This document shows, in pieces, positions 19,402 through 27,858 of a DNA stretch of 32,000 bases. The position numbers were made by a program, and so were the translations under genes. The stretch's first letter is position 1. Every line of letters begins with the position of its first letter. The stretch is from Wolbachia endosymbiont of Cimex lectularius (GTDB taxonomy: Bacteria > Pseudomonadota > Alphaproteobacteria > Rickettsiales > Anaplasmataceae): NCBI RefSeq assembly GCF_000829315.1, contig NZ_AP013028.1:360001-392000 (forward strand), given 5' to 3'. The notes beneath the pieces are model-generated. The model did no database searches, was not told the DNA's origin, and worked only from the letters and a program-made list of their open reading frames with translations.

Positions 19402-20109
19402 TTAAGTTGAATTGCTTTTTTCACTATTGTTAATTTTTTCTAGCATTAGCTCGGCAGCCTTTTGTTCAGCAACCTTTTTACTAGAAGCGCGTGCAGAAAC
19501 TTCACCATAATTTTCTATGCGAATTGATATAGTAAATTCAGGATTGTGTGCTGGCCCAGTCTGTTTTGCAAGCTCATACTCTGGTAAAAGTAATTTATTT
19601 TTCTGAGTCCATTCTTGTAGCGAGGTTTTAGGATCTTGGGGAGGGATTAGCATATCCTTAGCCAGCTTCTCCCAATGTTGGGTAACAAATCCTTCAACAC
19701 TTTTAAATCCGCCATCAATATAAATCGCTCCTATTAGTGCTTCAAGTGCGTTTTCTAAATTTTTTAAGTTACATTTCCCTCCATTGCAGCGTTCGCTATT
19801 ATTCATGATGATAAAATCGCCCAACTCTATTTCTTTAGCGACATTGGCAATTGTGCTGCCACAAACTAAGTCCGTTTTTCTTTTCGCCAACGCGCCTTCT
19901 CTTTCTTCAGGAAATAGTTTAAACAGTATAGCAGACACAATCATATTCAAAATGCTATCGCCCAAAAATTCTAACCTTTCGTAATTTTCAGTTTGATTTT
20001 TACTATTCCTTTTATTTAAGCTTGGATGGGTCAGTGCTTCCTCTAATATCGCATCATTTTTGAACCTATAGTTGATGATTTTAGATATTGCATTGTTCAA
20101 GTTTTCCAT
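19402..20109 (-). CDS. rnc: Ribonuclease III
   Basis: NYERLEFLGDSILNMIVSAILF signature, ALEALIGAIYIDGG, and a C-terminal dsRBD (DPKTSLQEWTQKNKLLLPEYELAKQTGPAHNPEFTISIRI...ASSKKVAEQKAAELML). Confidence 0.98.
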   Translation of the reverse strand: MENLNNAISKIINYRFKNDAILEEALTHPSLNKRNSKNQTENYERLEFLGDSILNMIVSAILFKLFPEEREGALAKRKTDLVCGSTIANVAKEIELGDFIIMNNSERCNGGKCNLKNLENALEALIGAIYIDGGFKSVEGFVTQHWEKLAKDMLIPPQDPKTSLQEWTQKNKLLLPEYELAKQTGPAHNPEFTISIRIENYGEVSARASSKKVAEQKAAELMLEKINNSEKSNST

Positions 20110-20187
20110 ACTTGTTGTATTAAAAGAAAGTACTTCCTGCTGTATCTTTATATCAGAAAATTAGTTTTACTCCATCAAAATAAGTCG

Positions 20188-21240
20188 CTAAGATTTGCAG
20201 TCACAACCCACTGCCTCACTGATGTTACTCAGCCCATCTCTTCTGATCAACTCTGCAAGCTCTAGGTTGATTTTATTCACAACTTGAGGCCCTTGGTATA
20301 TGAGAGCAGTGTACAGTTGTACTAGAGAGGCTCCTGCCTTTATTTTTTTATATGCATCAGCACCACTTGAAATTCCCCCGCATCCTATTAATAGTGTCTT
20401 GTCCTTAGTGAGTTTATACATGTCACTCAATAACTCAGTTGAAAGTTTAAACAGTGGTCTACCGCTCAACCCGCCAATCTCGTTGTGATGAGAATGCAGA
20501 TTATCTCGACTAACCGTAGTATTGCTTACTATCAAGCCGTCAATTTTGTATTCTAGTGCAAGTTCAGCAATATTTTCTTTTGTTTGCTGATTTATATCTG
20601 GAGAAATTTTTAATATTATTGGTATGGACCCAGAGTTATCGATTGATTTCCGGGTTAAAGTTATGGACTTCAACACTTCTGATAATTCTTGTTTATTGTG
20701 CAGGTTGCGTAAATTTGGCGTATTCGGAGATGAGATATTCAGCACTATATAACTACTTTTCCCATATACCATCTTTATTAAGTTAACATAGTCACTGACT
20801 TGGTCCTTTGAAGTGCTATTTTTCCCTATATTGATGCCGAAAACGCAATCATCAAGCTTGGTTTCATCTACTTGCTTAAGGAAATAGTCTATTCCTTTAT
20901 TATTAAATCCTAATCTATTGATTATTCCTTCGTCTTCAATTAACCGAAAAATTCTCGGTTTTTTATTTCCGTATTGAGGGTGTTTAGTTACAGTACCAGC
21001 CTCGATAAATCCAAAACCAAGTGAGAGCATGGACCTTATAACTTCCGCATTCTTGTCAAAACCTGCAGCAAGACCCACAGGGCTCCTAAGTTTATTACCA
21101 AAAAAGTTTACGTTTAAAGATTCTGGTAGTTCTATGGGTTTTCTACAAGGCATCTTTTTTAACATCGTGATTGCCAAGGAATGAGCAATTTCAGGTGGTA
21201 GCAAAAACAGTAAATTACGTAATATCATTTTGTAAAACAC
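20188..21240 (-). CDS. pyrD: Dihydroorotate dehydrogenase (quinone), class 2
   Basis: NFFGNKLRSPVGLAAGFDKNAEVIRSMLSLGFGFIEAGTVTKHPQYGNKKPRIFRL...GINIGKN...YIVLNISSPNTPNLRNL...LIGCGGISSGADAYKKIKAGASLVQLYTALIYQGP. Confidence 0.98.
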   Translation of the reverse strand: MFYKMILRNLLFLLPPEIAHSLAITMLKKMPCRKPIELPESLNVNFFGNKLRSPVGLAAGFDKNAEVIRSMLSLGFGFIEAGTVTKHPQYGNKKPRIFRLIEDEGIINRLGFNNKGIDYFLKQVDETKLDDCVFGINIGKNSTSKDQVSDYVNLIKMVYGKSSYIVLNISSPNTPNLRNLHNKQELSEVLKSITLTRKSIDNSGSIPIILKISPDINQQTKENIAELALEYKIDGLIVSNTTVSRDNLHSHHNEIGGLSGRPLFKLSTELLSDMYKLTKDKTLLIGCGGISSGADAYKKIKAGASLVQLYTALIYQGPQVVNKINLELAELIRRDGLSNISEAVGCDCKS

Positions 21241-21360
21241 TCTTCAGTTTATTTTCTACCATAAAACGCTATGAGAGTATAACTATAACTTTAAAAGAAG
21301 ACGTTTTCATTGGTTTTGCTTATGAATAAGCTTTCTGGCCTTACCCAGTTCATGTTAGTC

Positions 21361-21591
21361 ATAAATATTTAAAAAATTTACCAAGCGGAAAAAAAGCAAA
21401 AGAAGCCCCGAGTGGCGAGTTTTGACTCTATAATACTTTAAATTGGCGCTATAATAATTTACTGACGCTTAGTTTAAGCGCGATTTGGCTGAATGTAGAA
21501 AAAATGAAAAAGATATGCAGCCGCTATAATTTGATACAATCCGCCAAAAAATACCCTGAGTTTTTTACTAAATTTTGTCATTGAGCCTGCA
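21361..21591 (+). repeat. Composite intergenic repeat, copy R2 (diverged)
   Basis: ATATTTAAAAAATTTACCAAGCGGAAAAAAAGCAAAAGAAGCCCCGAGTGGCGAG...TTAAATTGGCG...CTTAGTTTAAGCGCGATTTGGCTG...GATATGCAGCCGC...TCCGCCAAAAAA...TTTGTCATT has the same block order as R1/R4. Confidence 0.65.
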
Positions 21592-21801
21592 GATCAAAAA
21601 CAAGTTTTGAGTCAGAAATATCCTTATTGTTATGATAATGGGATCGGCGGAATTTGTCAAGCAGTTTTTTTTCTATTGAATAACGGCTGATCTAATCACA
21701 AAGAGGTTCTCAAGAGGAAGTGCCTATGTCAAAAATAGAATTTTTTTACACTTTAAAAAAGTAATGTATACTTTGTTAACTGAAAATCACTTTTTTTTGA
21801 T

Positions 21802-23328
21802 ATGCAAGACTTTAAAATATTAGAAAACCTAAAAGCCAAAGCACTAGAAGCTGAAAAAGGAGGCGGTCCTGATAGGATCAACAAACAGCATGCAAAAGGG
21901 AAACTAACAGCTAGAGAAAGGCTGAATATACTGCTCGATGAAAATTCGTTTGAAGAATACGACAAATTCGTAAAACACCACGCAACTGATTTTGGCATGC
22001 AAAATACTAATTTTCTAGGTGATGGAGTTGTAATTGGCCACGGTACTATCTATGGCAGAAAGGTTTTTGTTTATTCTCAGGATTTCACTGTCTTTGGTGG
22101 GTCACTTGGTGCGTCACATGCAAGAAAAATATGCAAAATTATGGATATGGCAATCAATGCCAAGGCTCCAATTATCGGGCTAAATGACTCTGGTGGAGCC
22201 AGGATTCAAGAAGGAGTAAATTCCCTTGCTGGCTATGGAGAAATTTTTCAAAGGAATGTAAACGCATCAGGCGTTATACCACAAATCTCTTTAATTATGG
22301 GCCCATGCGCTGGCGGTGCAGTTTATTCTCCAGCATTAACTGACTTTACTTTCATGGTGAAAAACAGCTCATACATGTTTATAACCGGACCAGATGTAGT
22401 AAAAAAAGTCACCTACGAAGACGTAAGCCACGAAGATCTCGGTGGAGCAAAAATCCATACAAGCAAAACAGGAGTCGCAGACTTTGCGTTTAATAATGAT
22501 GTTGAAATGCTGCTAAAAATGCGAGAATTCTTCACCTTTTTGCCAGCAAATAATCAAGAGTTTCCGAAATCTGTACCAACCTGCGATGATGTCGATGATG
22601 TTGATGAATCTTTAAATACTCTAATTCCTCATAATCCTAATATTCCTTACGATATGTATGAACTGATTGAAAAGGTATGTGATGAAAGGAAGTTTTTTGA
22701 GCTAAAATCTGATTTTGCTCGTAATATCATAATTAGTTTTAGTAGAATTAAAGGAAATACCGTCGGCATCGTTGCAAATCAACCTACGCACCTTGCAGGG
22801 TGTTTGGATATTGACTCTTCAAGAAAAGCTGCAAGGTTTGTAAGGTTCTGTGACGCATTTAACATCCCTATTATCACACTCATTGACGTTCCAGGGTTTC
22901 TGCCAGGTACAAATCAAGAATATAATAATATAATACAACATGGAGCAAAGCTGCTCTACTCTTACGCTGAAGCGACTGTACCGAAAATCAGCCTTATCAC
23001 TAAAAAAGCGTATGGTGGTGCATACATTGTCATGAACTCTAAACATCTAAAAGGTGATATAAATTATGCTTGGCCGACTGCTGAAATAGCTGTGATGGGC
23101 CCTGAGGGTGCAGTTGAAATTATATTTCGACGTGAAAAAGATCAACAAACACTGGCTAAAGAGTACAAAGAAAAATTCGCTAATCCATTTTTTGCCGCAT
23201 CACATGGGTATATTGATGATATAATAGTGCCAAGTAAAACGAGACATCACCTTCATAAAGCATTAGAGCTACTCAAAAACAAGAAAGTAGAGAGAATATG
23301 GAAAAAGCATGATAATCTGCCTTTGTAA
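21802..23328 (+). CDS. pccB: Propionyl-CoA carboxylase beta subunit (carboxyltransferase)
   Basis: [40 protein letters not shown]...[28 protein letters not shown]...[16 protein letters not shown]...[53 protein letters not shown]. Confidence 0.97.
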   Translation: MQDFKILENLKAKALEAEKGGGPDRINKQHAKGKLTARERLNILLDENSFEEYDKFVKHHATDFGMQNTNFLGDGVVIGHGTIYGRKVFVYSQDFTVFGGSLGASHARKICKIMDMAINAKAPIIGLNDSGGARIQEGVNSLAGYGEIFQRNVNASGVIPQISLIMGPCAGGAVYSPALTDFTFMVKNSSYMFITGPDVVKKVTYEDVSHEDLGGAKIHTSKTGVADFAFNNDVEMLLKMREFFTFLPANNQEFPKSVPTCDDVDDVDESLNTLIPHNPNIPYDMYELIEKVCDERKFFELKSDFARNIIISFSRIKGNTVGIVANQPTHLAGCLDIDSSRKAARFVRFCDAFNIPIITLIDVPGFLPGTNQEYNNIIQHGAKLLYSYAEATVPKISLITKKAYGGAYIVMNSKHLKGDINYAWPTAEIAVMGPEGAVEIIFRREKDQQTLAKEYKEKFANPFFAASHGYIDDIIVPSKTRHHLHKALELLKNKKVERIWKKHDNLPL

Positions 23329-23535
23329 CTTTTTTCTAGGTTTTTTTGTAATTAGTTTTCACTTAAATTAAACAGACTAGATTCTGTAATTTTAGGAAGG
23401 GCGCAATCTTTCACTTGGGCTTTTTTAACTTAAAATAAATATAGAAAATTGCTTGAACTAGCAGTCTTTAAAAATATGGTTGAATAATTGTTAGTAATAG
23501 TGTATAATTATTAATACTTTTTAAGTTAATTTCTC

Positions 23536-24420
23536 ATGGCTTTTTCTAAATTCCTCGATCCAAAATTGGACCTAACATTCAAGAAAATCTTTGGCACTGA
23601 AAAAAATAAGAACATTCTTATCCATTTTTTGAACGATATTCTAGGGTGTACTGAAGTTAATACTATACAAGAAATAGAATTTATCAACACCATTTTGAAT
23701 CTCGAAATTGCCTCTGAGAGACAAAGTATAGTTGATGTTCTCTGTCAGGATTCTGTTGGCAACAGATTTGTAGTTGAAATGCAGCTCACTCGTGATAAAG
23801 GTTTTGAAAAGCGCGCTCAATATTATGCTGCCAAAGCTTACTCAAGACAAGTTGGTAAGTATGCTAATTTACAGAAGATCTTCTTTATTGCGATTTCAAA
23901 TTGTGTTTTATTTCCTGATAAGTCCAATTATATATCTAGCCATACCATAAGAGATGAGGAGACTAATGAGCATGACTTACAAGATTTTCAATTTGTGTTT
24001 ATTGAACTACCAAAATTTCCTAAAAATAAAGTAGAGCAATTAACAAGCATAGTAGAACGCTGGTGTTTTTTTTTCAAACATGCAGAAGAAACCACTGAAA
24101 AAGATCTAAAGAAGATTGCAAGAGAAGCACCAATAATAAAGAGAGCATATGATGAATTAGACAGGTTTAATTGGAATGAAAAAGATCTAACGGCATATGA
24201 AGAAAGAATAATGGATCTATACAAAGAGGAAGCTATCCTTGAATACAAACTTGAAGAAGGTATGGAGAAAGGTATGGAAAAAGGTATAAAGAAAGGTAGA
24301 GAAGAAGGAAAAATCGAAGTCGCAAAAGCGATGCTGGCTAATAATGTTGATGTTGACACTATTGTCAAATTTACTGGTTTTTCTATTAGTGAGATTAAAG
24401 AATTGAGCGAAAAGCAGTGA
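23536..24420 (+). CDS. Rpn/PD-(D/E)XK nuclease family protein (putative transposase/recombination-promoting nuclease type)
   Basis: FLDPKLDLTFKKIFGTEKNKNILIHFLNDIL...IVDVLCQDSVGNRFVVEMQLTRDKGFEKRAQYYAAKAYSRQ is the characteristic N-terminal nuclease core. The C-terminus has a GMEKGMEKGIKKGREEGKIE-type segment. Confidence 0.9.
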   Translation: MAFSKFLDPKLDLTFKKIFGTEKNKNILIHFLNDILGCTEVNTIQEIEFINTILNLEIASERQSIVDVLCQDSVGNRFVVEMQLTRDKGFEKRAQYYAAKAYSRQVGKYANLQKIFFIAISNCVLFPDKSNYISSHTIRDEETNEHDLQDFQFVFIELPKFPKNKVEQLTSIVERWCFFFKHAEETTEKDLKKIAREAPIIKRAYDELDRFNWNEKDLTAYEERIMDLYKEEAILEYKLEEGMEKGMEKGIKKGREEGKIEVAKAMLANNVDVDTIVKFTGFSISEIKELSEKQ

Positions 24421-24462
24421 AAGGTTACGTTTTCTTTACGAGGTGTGCAACACTGCAAGGTG

Positions 24463-24536
24463 TGCCGTTACCAAGACTCGAACTTGGGACCTCGTCATTA
24501 CCAATGACGTACTCTACCACCTGAGCTATAACGGCA
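24463..24536 (-). tRNA. tRNA-Thr (anticodon GGT)
   Basis: Minus strand TGCCGTTATAGCTCAGGTGGTAGAGTACGTCATTGGTAATGACGAGGTCCCAAGTTCGAGTCTTGGTAACGGCA folds as a full cloverleaf: acceptor TGCCGTT/AACGGCA, anticodon stem CGTCA/TGACG with loop TTGGTAA, T-loop GTTCGAGTC. Confidence 0.95.
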
Positions 24537-24657
24537 GGATTCATATATATGAATAACATAAAAAAGAATAAGGAAAAAGAAGAAGAGAGAAAAAGATTAG
24601 CAAAAGTTCTAAAGCAAAACATTCTAAAAAGAAAAAAGCAACAACAGAGTAGACAAA

Positions 24658-25473
24658 ATGCCAGAACTCCCAGAAGTAGAAGTAATCTCTAACTTCTTGC
24701 TTGATAAGATCAAAAACAAGCAAATAAGCGGTGTTACAGTCAATAATTGGAATTTACGTGTACCAATAACAAAAAATATCGATGATGCGCTAAAAGGTAA
24801 AGCTATAAACGATATCAAGCGTAGAGGTAAATACATAATCTGGAATACAGACAATAATATAGCTGTCATCATACATCTTGGCATGAGCGGAAAGCTTATA
24901 TACGCTGAAGATAATCAAGTGCAGAATAAACATAATCACGTGATATTTTTGTTTTCCGACAATACTTCAATAGTCTTTAATGATCCAAGAAGGTTTGGGT
25001 TGGTTATTGTTTTAAACAAAGCACAAGAAGTAAATTTTTTTAACGACTTTGGAATAGAGCCTCTCACAGATGAATTCAGTGGAGGCTATTTACAGAAGCT
25101 GCTGAAAAACAGAAAAGCAAATATCAAATCAGCATTAATGGACAACAAATTAATAGTTGGTGTAGGTAACATATATGCTTCTGAGAGCTTGTTTAGAGCC
25201 CGCATATCACCGCTCAGACCAGCACAAGATTTGACATACAGAGAGTGTGAAAAACTTGCCGCTGAAATAAAAAATACTCTAAGTGATGCAATTGCTGCAG
25301 GTGGTTCAACGCTGAGAGATTATGCGCAGCCATCTGGATCTGTCGGATATTTTCAAAACAGTTTTTACGTATACGGTCAAGTTCAAAAACCTTGCAAAAT
25401 TTGTAATAACACCATAACACTTATACGACAAAATGGCCGCAGCACTTATTTCTGCAACGCATGTCAGAATTAG
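24658..25473 (+). CDS. mutM: Formamidopyrimidine-DNA glycosylase
   Basis: MPELPEVEVISNFL N-terminus, IIHLGMSGKL, GVGNIYASESLFRARISP, and a C-terminal zinc finger CKICNNTITLIRQNGRSTYFCNACQ. Confidence 0.98.
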   Translation: MPELPEVEVISNFLLDKIKNKQISGVTVNNWNLRVPITKNIDDALKGKAINDIKRRGKYIIWNTDNNIAVIIHLGMSGKLIYAEDNQVQNKHNHVIFLFSDNTSIVFNDPRRFGLVIVLNKAQEVNFFNDFGIEPLTDEFSGGYLQKLLKNRKANIKSALMDNKLIVGVGNIYASESLFRARISPLRPAQDLTYRECEKLAAEIKNTLSDAIAAGGSTLRDYAQPSGSVGYFQNSFYVYGQVQKPCKICNNTITLIRQNGRSTYFCNACQN

Positions 25474-25488
25474 GTTTCATTTTTAGAT

Positions 25489-26082
25489 ATGACATTTTCA
25501 CCTGAAAAAGATCCGTTTGATTTGTTTTCAAAGTGGTACAAAGTGGTACTCAACTTTTCATGCAAAGAGCCAACTGCAATGACGCTGGCGACTTGCAGCA
25601 AAGACTGCATTCCATCTGCAAGAGTGGTGTTACTAAAGGAATATAGCAAAGAAGGCTTCGTATTCTTCACTAATGTAAATAGTAGAAAAGGAAAAGAATT
25701 GACCGAGAACCCTAAAGCTGCATTAGTATTCCACTGGATGGAGTTTTCTAGGCAAGTACGAATTGAAGGAGATGTTAAACTCCTAGACAGTGAAAAAGCT
25801 GACGAATATTTCTCCTCTCGAACACGCAATAGTCAAGTTAGTGCATGGTGCTCAAAACAATCGAGCGTTCTGAAAAATTGGCAAGACTTTGAGCAAGCTA
25901 TCGAACTAAAGGAAAAAGAACTTTACAACACACAAGTTCCTCGTCCTGATTTTTGGGTGGGATTCTGCGTAATCCCAAAAATAATTGAGTTCTGGCAAGA
26001 AGGTGAACATAGAAGACACACTAGATTTAGATACACCCTTGTTGCAGAAAGCAACTGGAAAATAGAGCAGTTGTATCCTTAA
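25489..26082 (+). CDS. pdxH: Pyridoxamine 5'-phosphate oxidase
   Basis: EPTAMTLATCSKDCIPSARVVLLKEYSKEGFVFFTNVNSRKGKELTENPKAALVFHW...RQVRIEGDV...SRNSQVSAWCSKQSS...RPDFWVGFCVIPKIIEFWQEGEHRRHTRFRYTL. Confidence 0.97.
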   Translation: MTFSPEKDPFDLFSKWYKVVLNFSCKEPTAMTLATCSKDCIPSARVVLLKEYSKEGFVFFTNVNSRKGKELTENPKAALVFHWMEFSRQVRIEGDVKLLDSEKADEYFSSRTRNSQVSAWCSKQSSVLKNWQDFEQAIELKEKELYNTQVPRPDFWVGFCVIPKIIEFWQEGEHRRHTRFRYTLVAESNWKIEQLYP

Positions 26083-26217
26083 CCATGCAACACAACTGCA
26101 CGAACATTGTTATTTGATAATGATCTTCACTGGAAAACAAGGCAAAACTGGCTATAACACACTGTCTTCGAAACAAATGTCCGATGTGCTGCACACTGGA
26201 TAACAGAAAACAAAACC

Positions 26218-26634
26218 TTAGTTCTGCTCTTGTGAGGAAAAGCATCCTTTCACTTTTTCGATCATAGGTGATAGAATATATTCATTCACTTTTTCAGCTA
26301 TTGGTGCAATGATATACTCTGTTGCAAGAATTCCTGCAATTGGTGCTATGGCTCCTATCACTGCGCCTGTTAAAGTTGCAGATCCTGCTCCAAGCATTGC
26401 ACCAGGAAAAATAGCAGTTGCAGCTGCAGCAAGACCAACTCCGATTGCAGCGCCTGCACCGCACAACCAAGCGTATGTGAAGAGATCTTCTTTGCAAAAT
26501 TTTCCTTTGCTTACATCATAGTATACACACAATGCAACAAGTAATATTGCAGGAACAGCGGCAACAATTCCACCTATAACTAAAGGTGACAAAGCTGTAA
26601 AACTTAGTCCCAAACCTGTAAGTCCTCCCAGCAC
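26218..26634 (-). CDS. Small Gly/Ala-rich hydrophobic protein of unknown function
   Basis: 138-aa ORF with alternating hydrophobic helices (GGLTGLGLSFTALSPLVIGGIVAAVPAILLVAL; GAGAAIGVGLAAAATAIFPGAMLGAGSATLTGAVIGAIAPIAG). The start would be GTG. Confidence 0.5.
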   Translation of the reverse strand: MLGGLTGLGLSFTALSPLVIGGIVAAVPAILLVALCVYYDVSKGKFCKEDLFTYAWLCGAGAAIGVGLAAAATAIFPGAMLGAGSATLTGAVIGAIAPIAGILATEYIIAPIAEKVNEYILSPMIEKVKGCFSSQEQN

Positions 26635-26989
26635 AGCACCAAGCCCTACTGTAAATATAATTTCCTTAGTATTTTAATCCATATAACCCCCTAATTAATT
26701 GGCAATAATGATTTTTTTCTGCAAAGTTTTAATTCCCTGTTATCATTATAGTTAGATTTATTGAATAATACCAACATTCGTTATTGGGAAGACAGATGGG
26801 ATATGTTATAAACTTGCTTAACTTTCCAACTATAGGCAAAAAGAGCTCTTTTTCATTTGTTCCATTACCAATGAAACTTGGTATAAGTAAAGTAATTTCT
26901 TTATAGAATAGTCTTGGGCAAAAGAACGGAATAAGGACCTCGACTTACAATCATCCCAACCCCTATGATGTCATTCTAGCGCCCTTTCT

Positions 26990-27135
26990 CTTGTCATCAC
27001 AGCGCGTGACGCTGGGATCCAGTCTTTCCATAATCATCAAAAACGTCGTATTTTAACATAACTTTTATACTCACCAACTTAACAAAATTCCTGAATGCCA
27101 GTGTCTGGGCACTGGCATGACACCCTATGGTGCTG
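26990..27135. repeat. Intergenic repeat unit flanked by palindromic elements, copy B
   Basis: GGGATCCAGTCTTTCCATAATCATCAAAAACGTCGTATTTTAACATAACTTTTATACTCACCAACTTAACAAAATTCCTGAATGCCAGTGTCTGGGCACTGGCATGACACCCTATGGTG. Matches 19111-19255. Confidence 0.85.
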
Positions 27136-27183
27136 GAATAACAACATTTGTTGCAAAAACAAATGTTCGTTCATGAATTGCTT

Positions 27184-27318
27184 TAATACTTAAGAAATTT
27201 ACCAAGCGAAAAAAAGGCAAGAGAAACCCCGTGGCGGCTAGTTATTTACTTTTGTGTCGAAATGTTGGCGTTTCTTTATCCTAAACACTTAATAAGTGCG
27301 ACTTAGCTGCTTTTTAAT
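27184..27318 (+). repeat. Composite intergenic repeat, copy R3 (partial)
   Basis: TAATACTTAAGAAATTTACCAAGCGAAAAAAAGGCAAGAGAAACCCCGTGGCGGCTAGTTATTT...TTGGCGTTTCTTTATCCTAAACACTTAATAAGTGCGACTTAGCTGC. Confidence 0.75.
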
Positions 27319-27339
27319 GCAACTAACCTTAGCCATAAG

Positions 27340-27562
27340 CATTTAAGAAATTTACTAAGCAGAAAAACAGGCAAAGAAACCCAGAGTAGCTAGTTATTCA
27401 CTATCTATCTTTTAAATTGGTGTTTTTGATGTCTTAAACGACTTATAAGCGCGTTTGAGCTTGTATAGGTAAAAAACCAGAAGTTTTAAAAAGACATACG
27501 GTGCACATAGTGCAAAAAATTAAACATGAGACGCCAAATATGCTAAGTTTTTTTGTCGTTTA
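27340..27562 (+). repeat. Composite intergenic repeat, copy R4 (full length)
   Basis: AAGCATTTAAGAAATTTACTAAGCAGAAAAACAGGCAAAGAAACCCAGAGTAGCTAGTTATT...TTGGTGTTTTTGATGTCTTAAACGACTTATAAGCGCGTTTGAGCTTGTATAGGTAAAAAACCAGAAGTTTTAAAAAGACATACGGTGCACATAGTGC...GACGCCAAATA...TTTTTTTGTCGTT. Confidence 0.85.
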
Positions 27563-27858
27563 ATCTGCACAGACTGAAGATTAATAATAGCTTCAGTCTC
27601 ATTATAAGGGTAACGGCGAAGGTTGTCAAACAGTTTTTTTGTTTCTGTTGGGTAGCTTTTTCTACTGTTGTTCGCTCGTTCCTTGTCCAGCGAGGATTGG
27701 AACACCTTGTGTTTGAGGCAAAACCCGCTATACACATTGTTTTTGGAACAAATATTCGTACGATTGTGTATGTAACGTTGAGATAACAGATACCGTAAAA
27801 TTTGACATTAACCGCTAATAGTTGGAATATTAGTAGAATAAGAATTACTCAAGAGAGC

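Noticed and set aside
24425-24622. 65-aa minus-strand ORF
   Set aside because: Spans the tRNA-Thr gene; incompatible with coding.
27520-27786. Three overlapping small ORFs (27520-27735, 27543-27737, 27553-27786) upstream of mnmG
   Set aside because: They overlap on both strands, partly lie in composite repeat R4, and match no family I recognise. They might be a decayed gene or repeat fragment, but this is not supportable.
27802-27858. N-terminal 19-aa extension of mnmG ([19 protein letters not shown])
   Set aside because: MnmG family proteins begin immediately before the [12 protein letters not shown] nucleotide-binding motif; the ATG at 27859 fits better.
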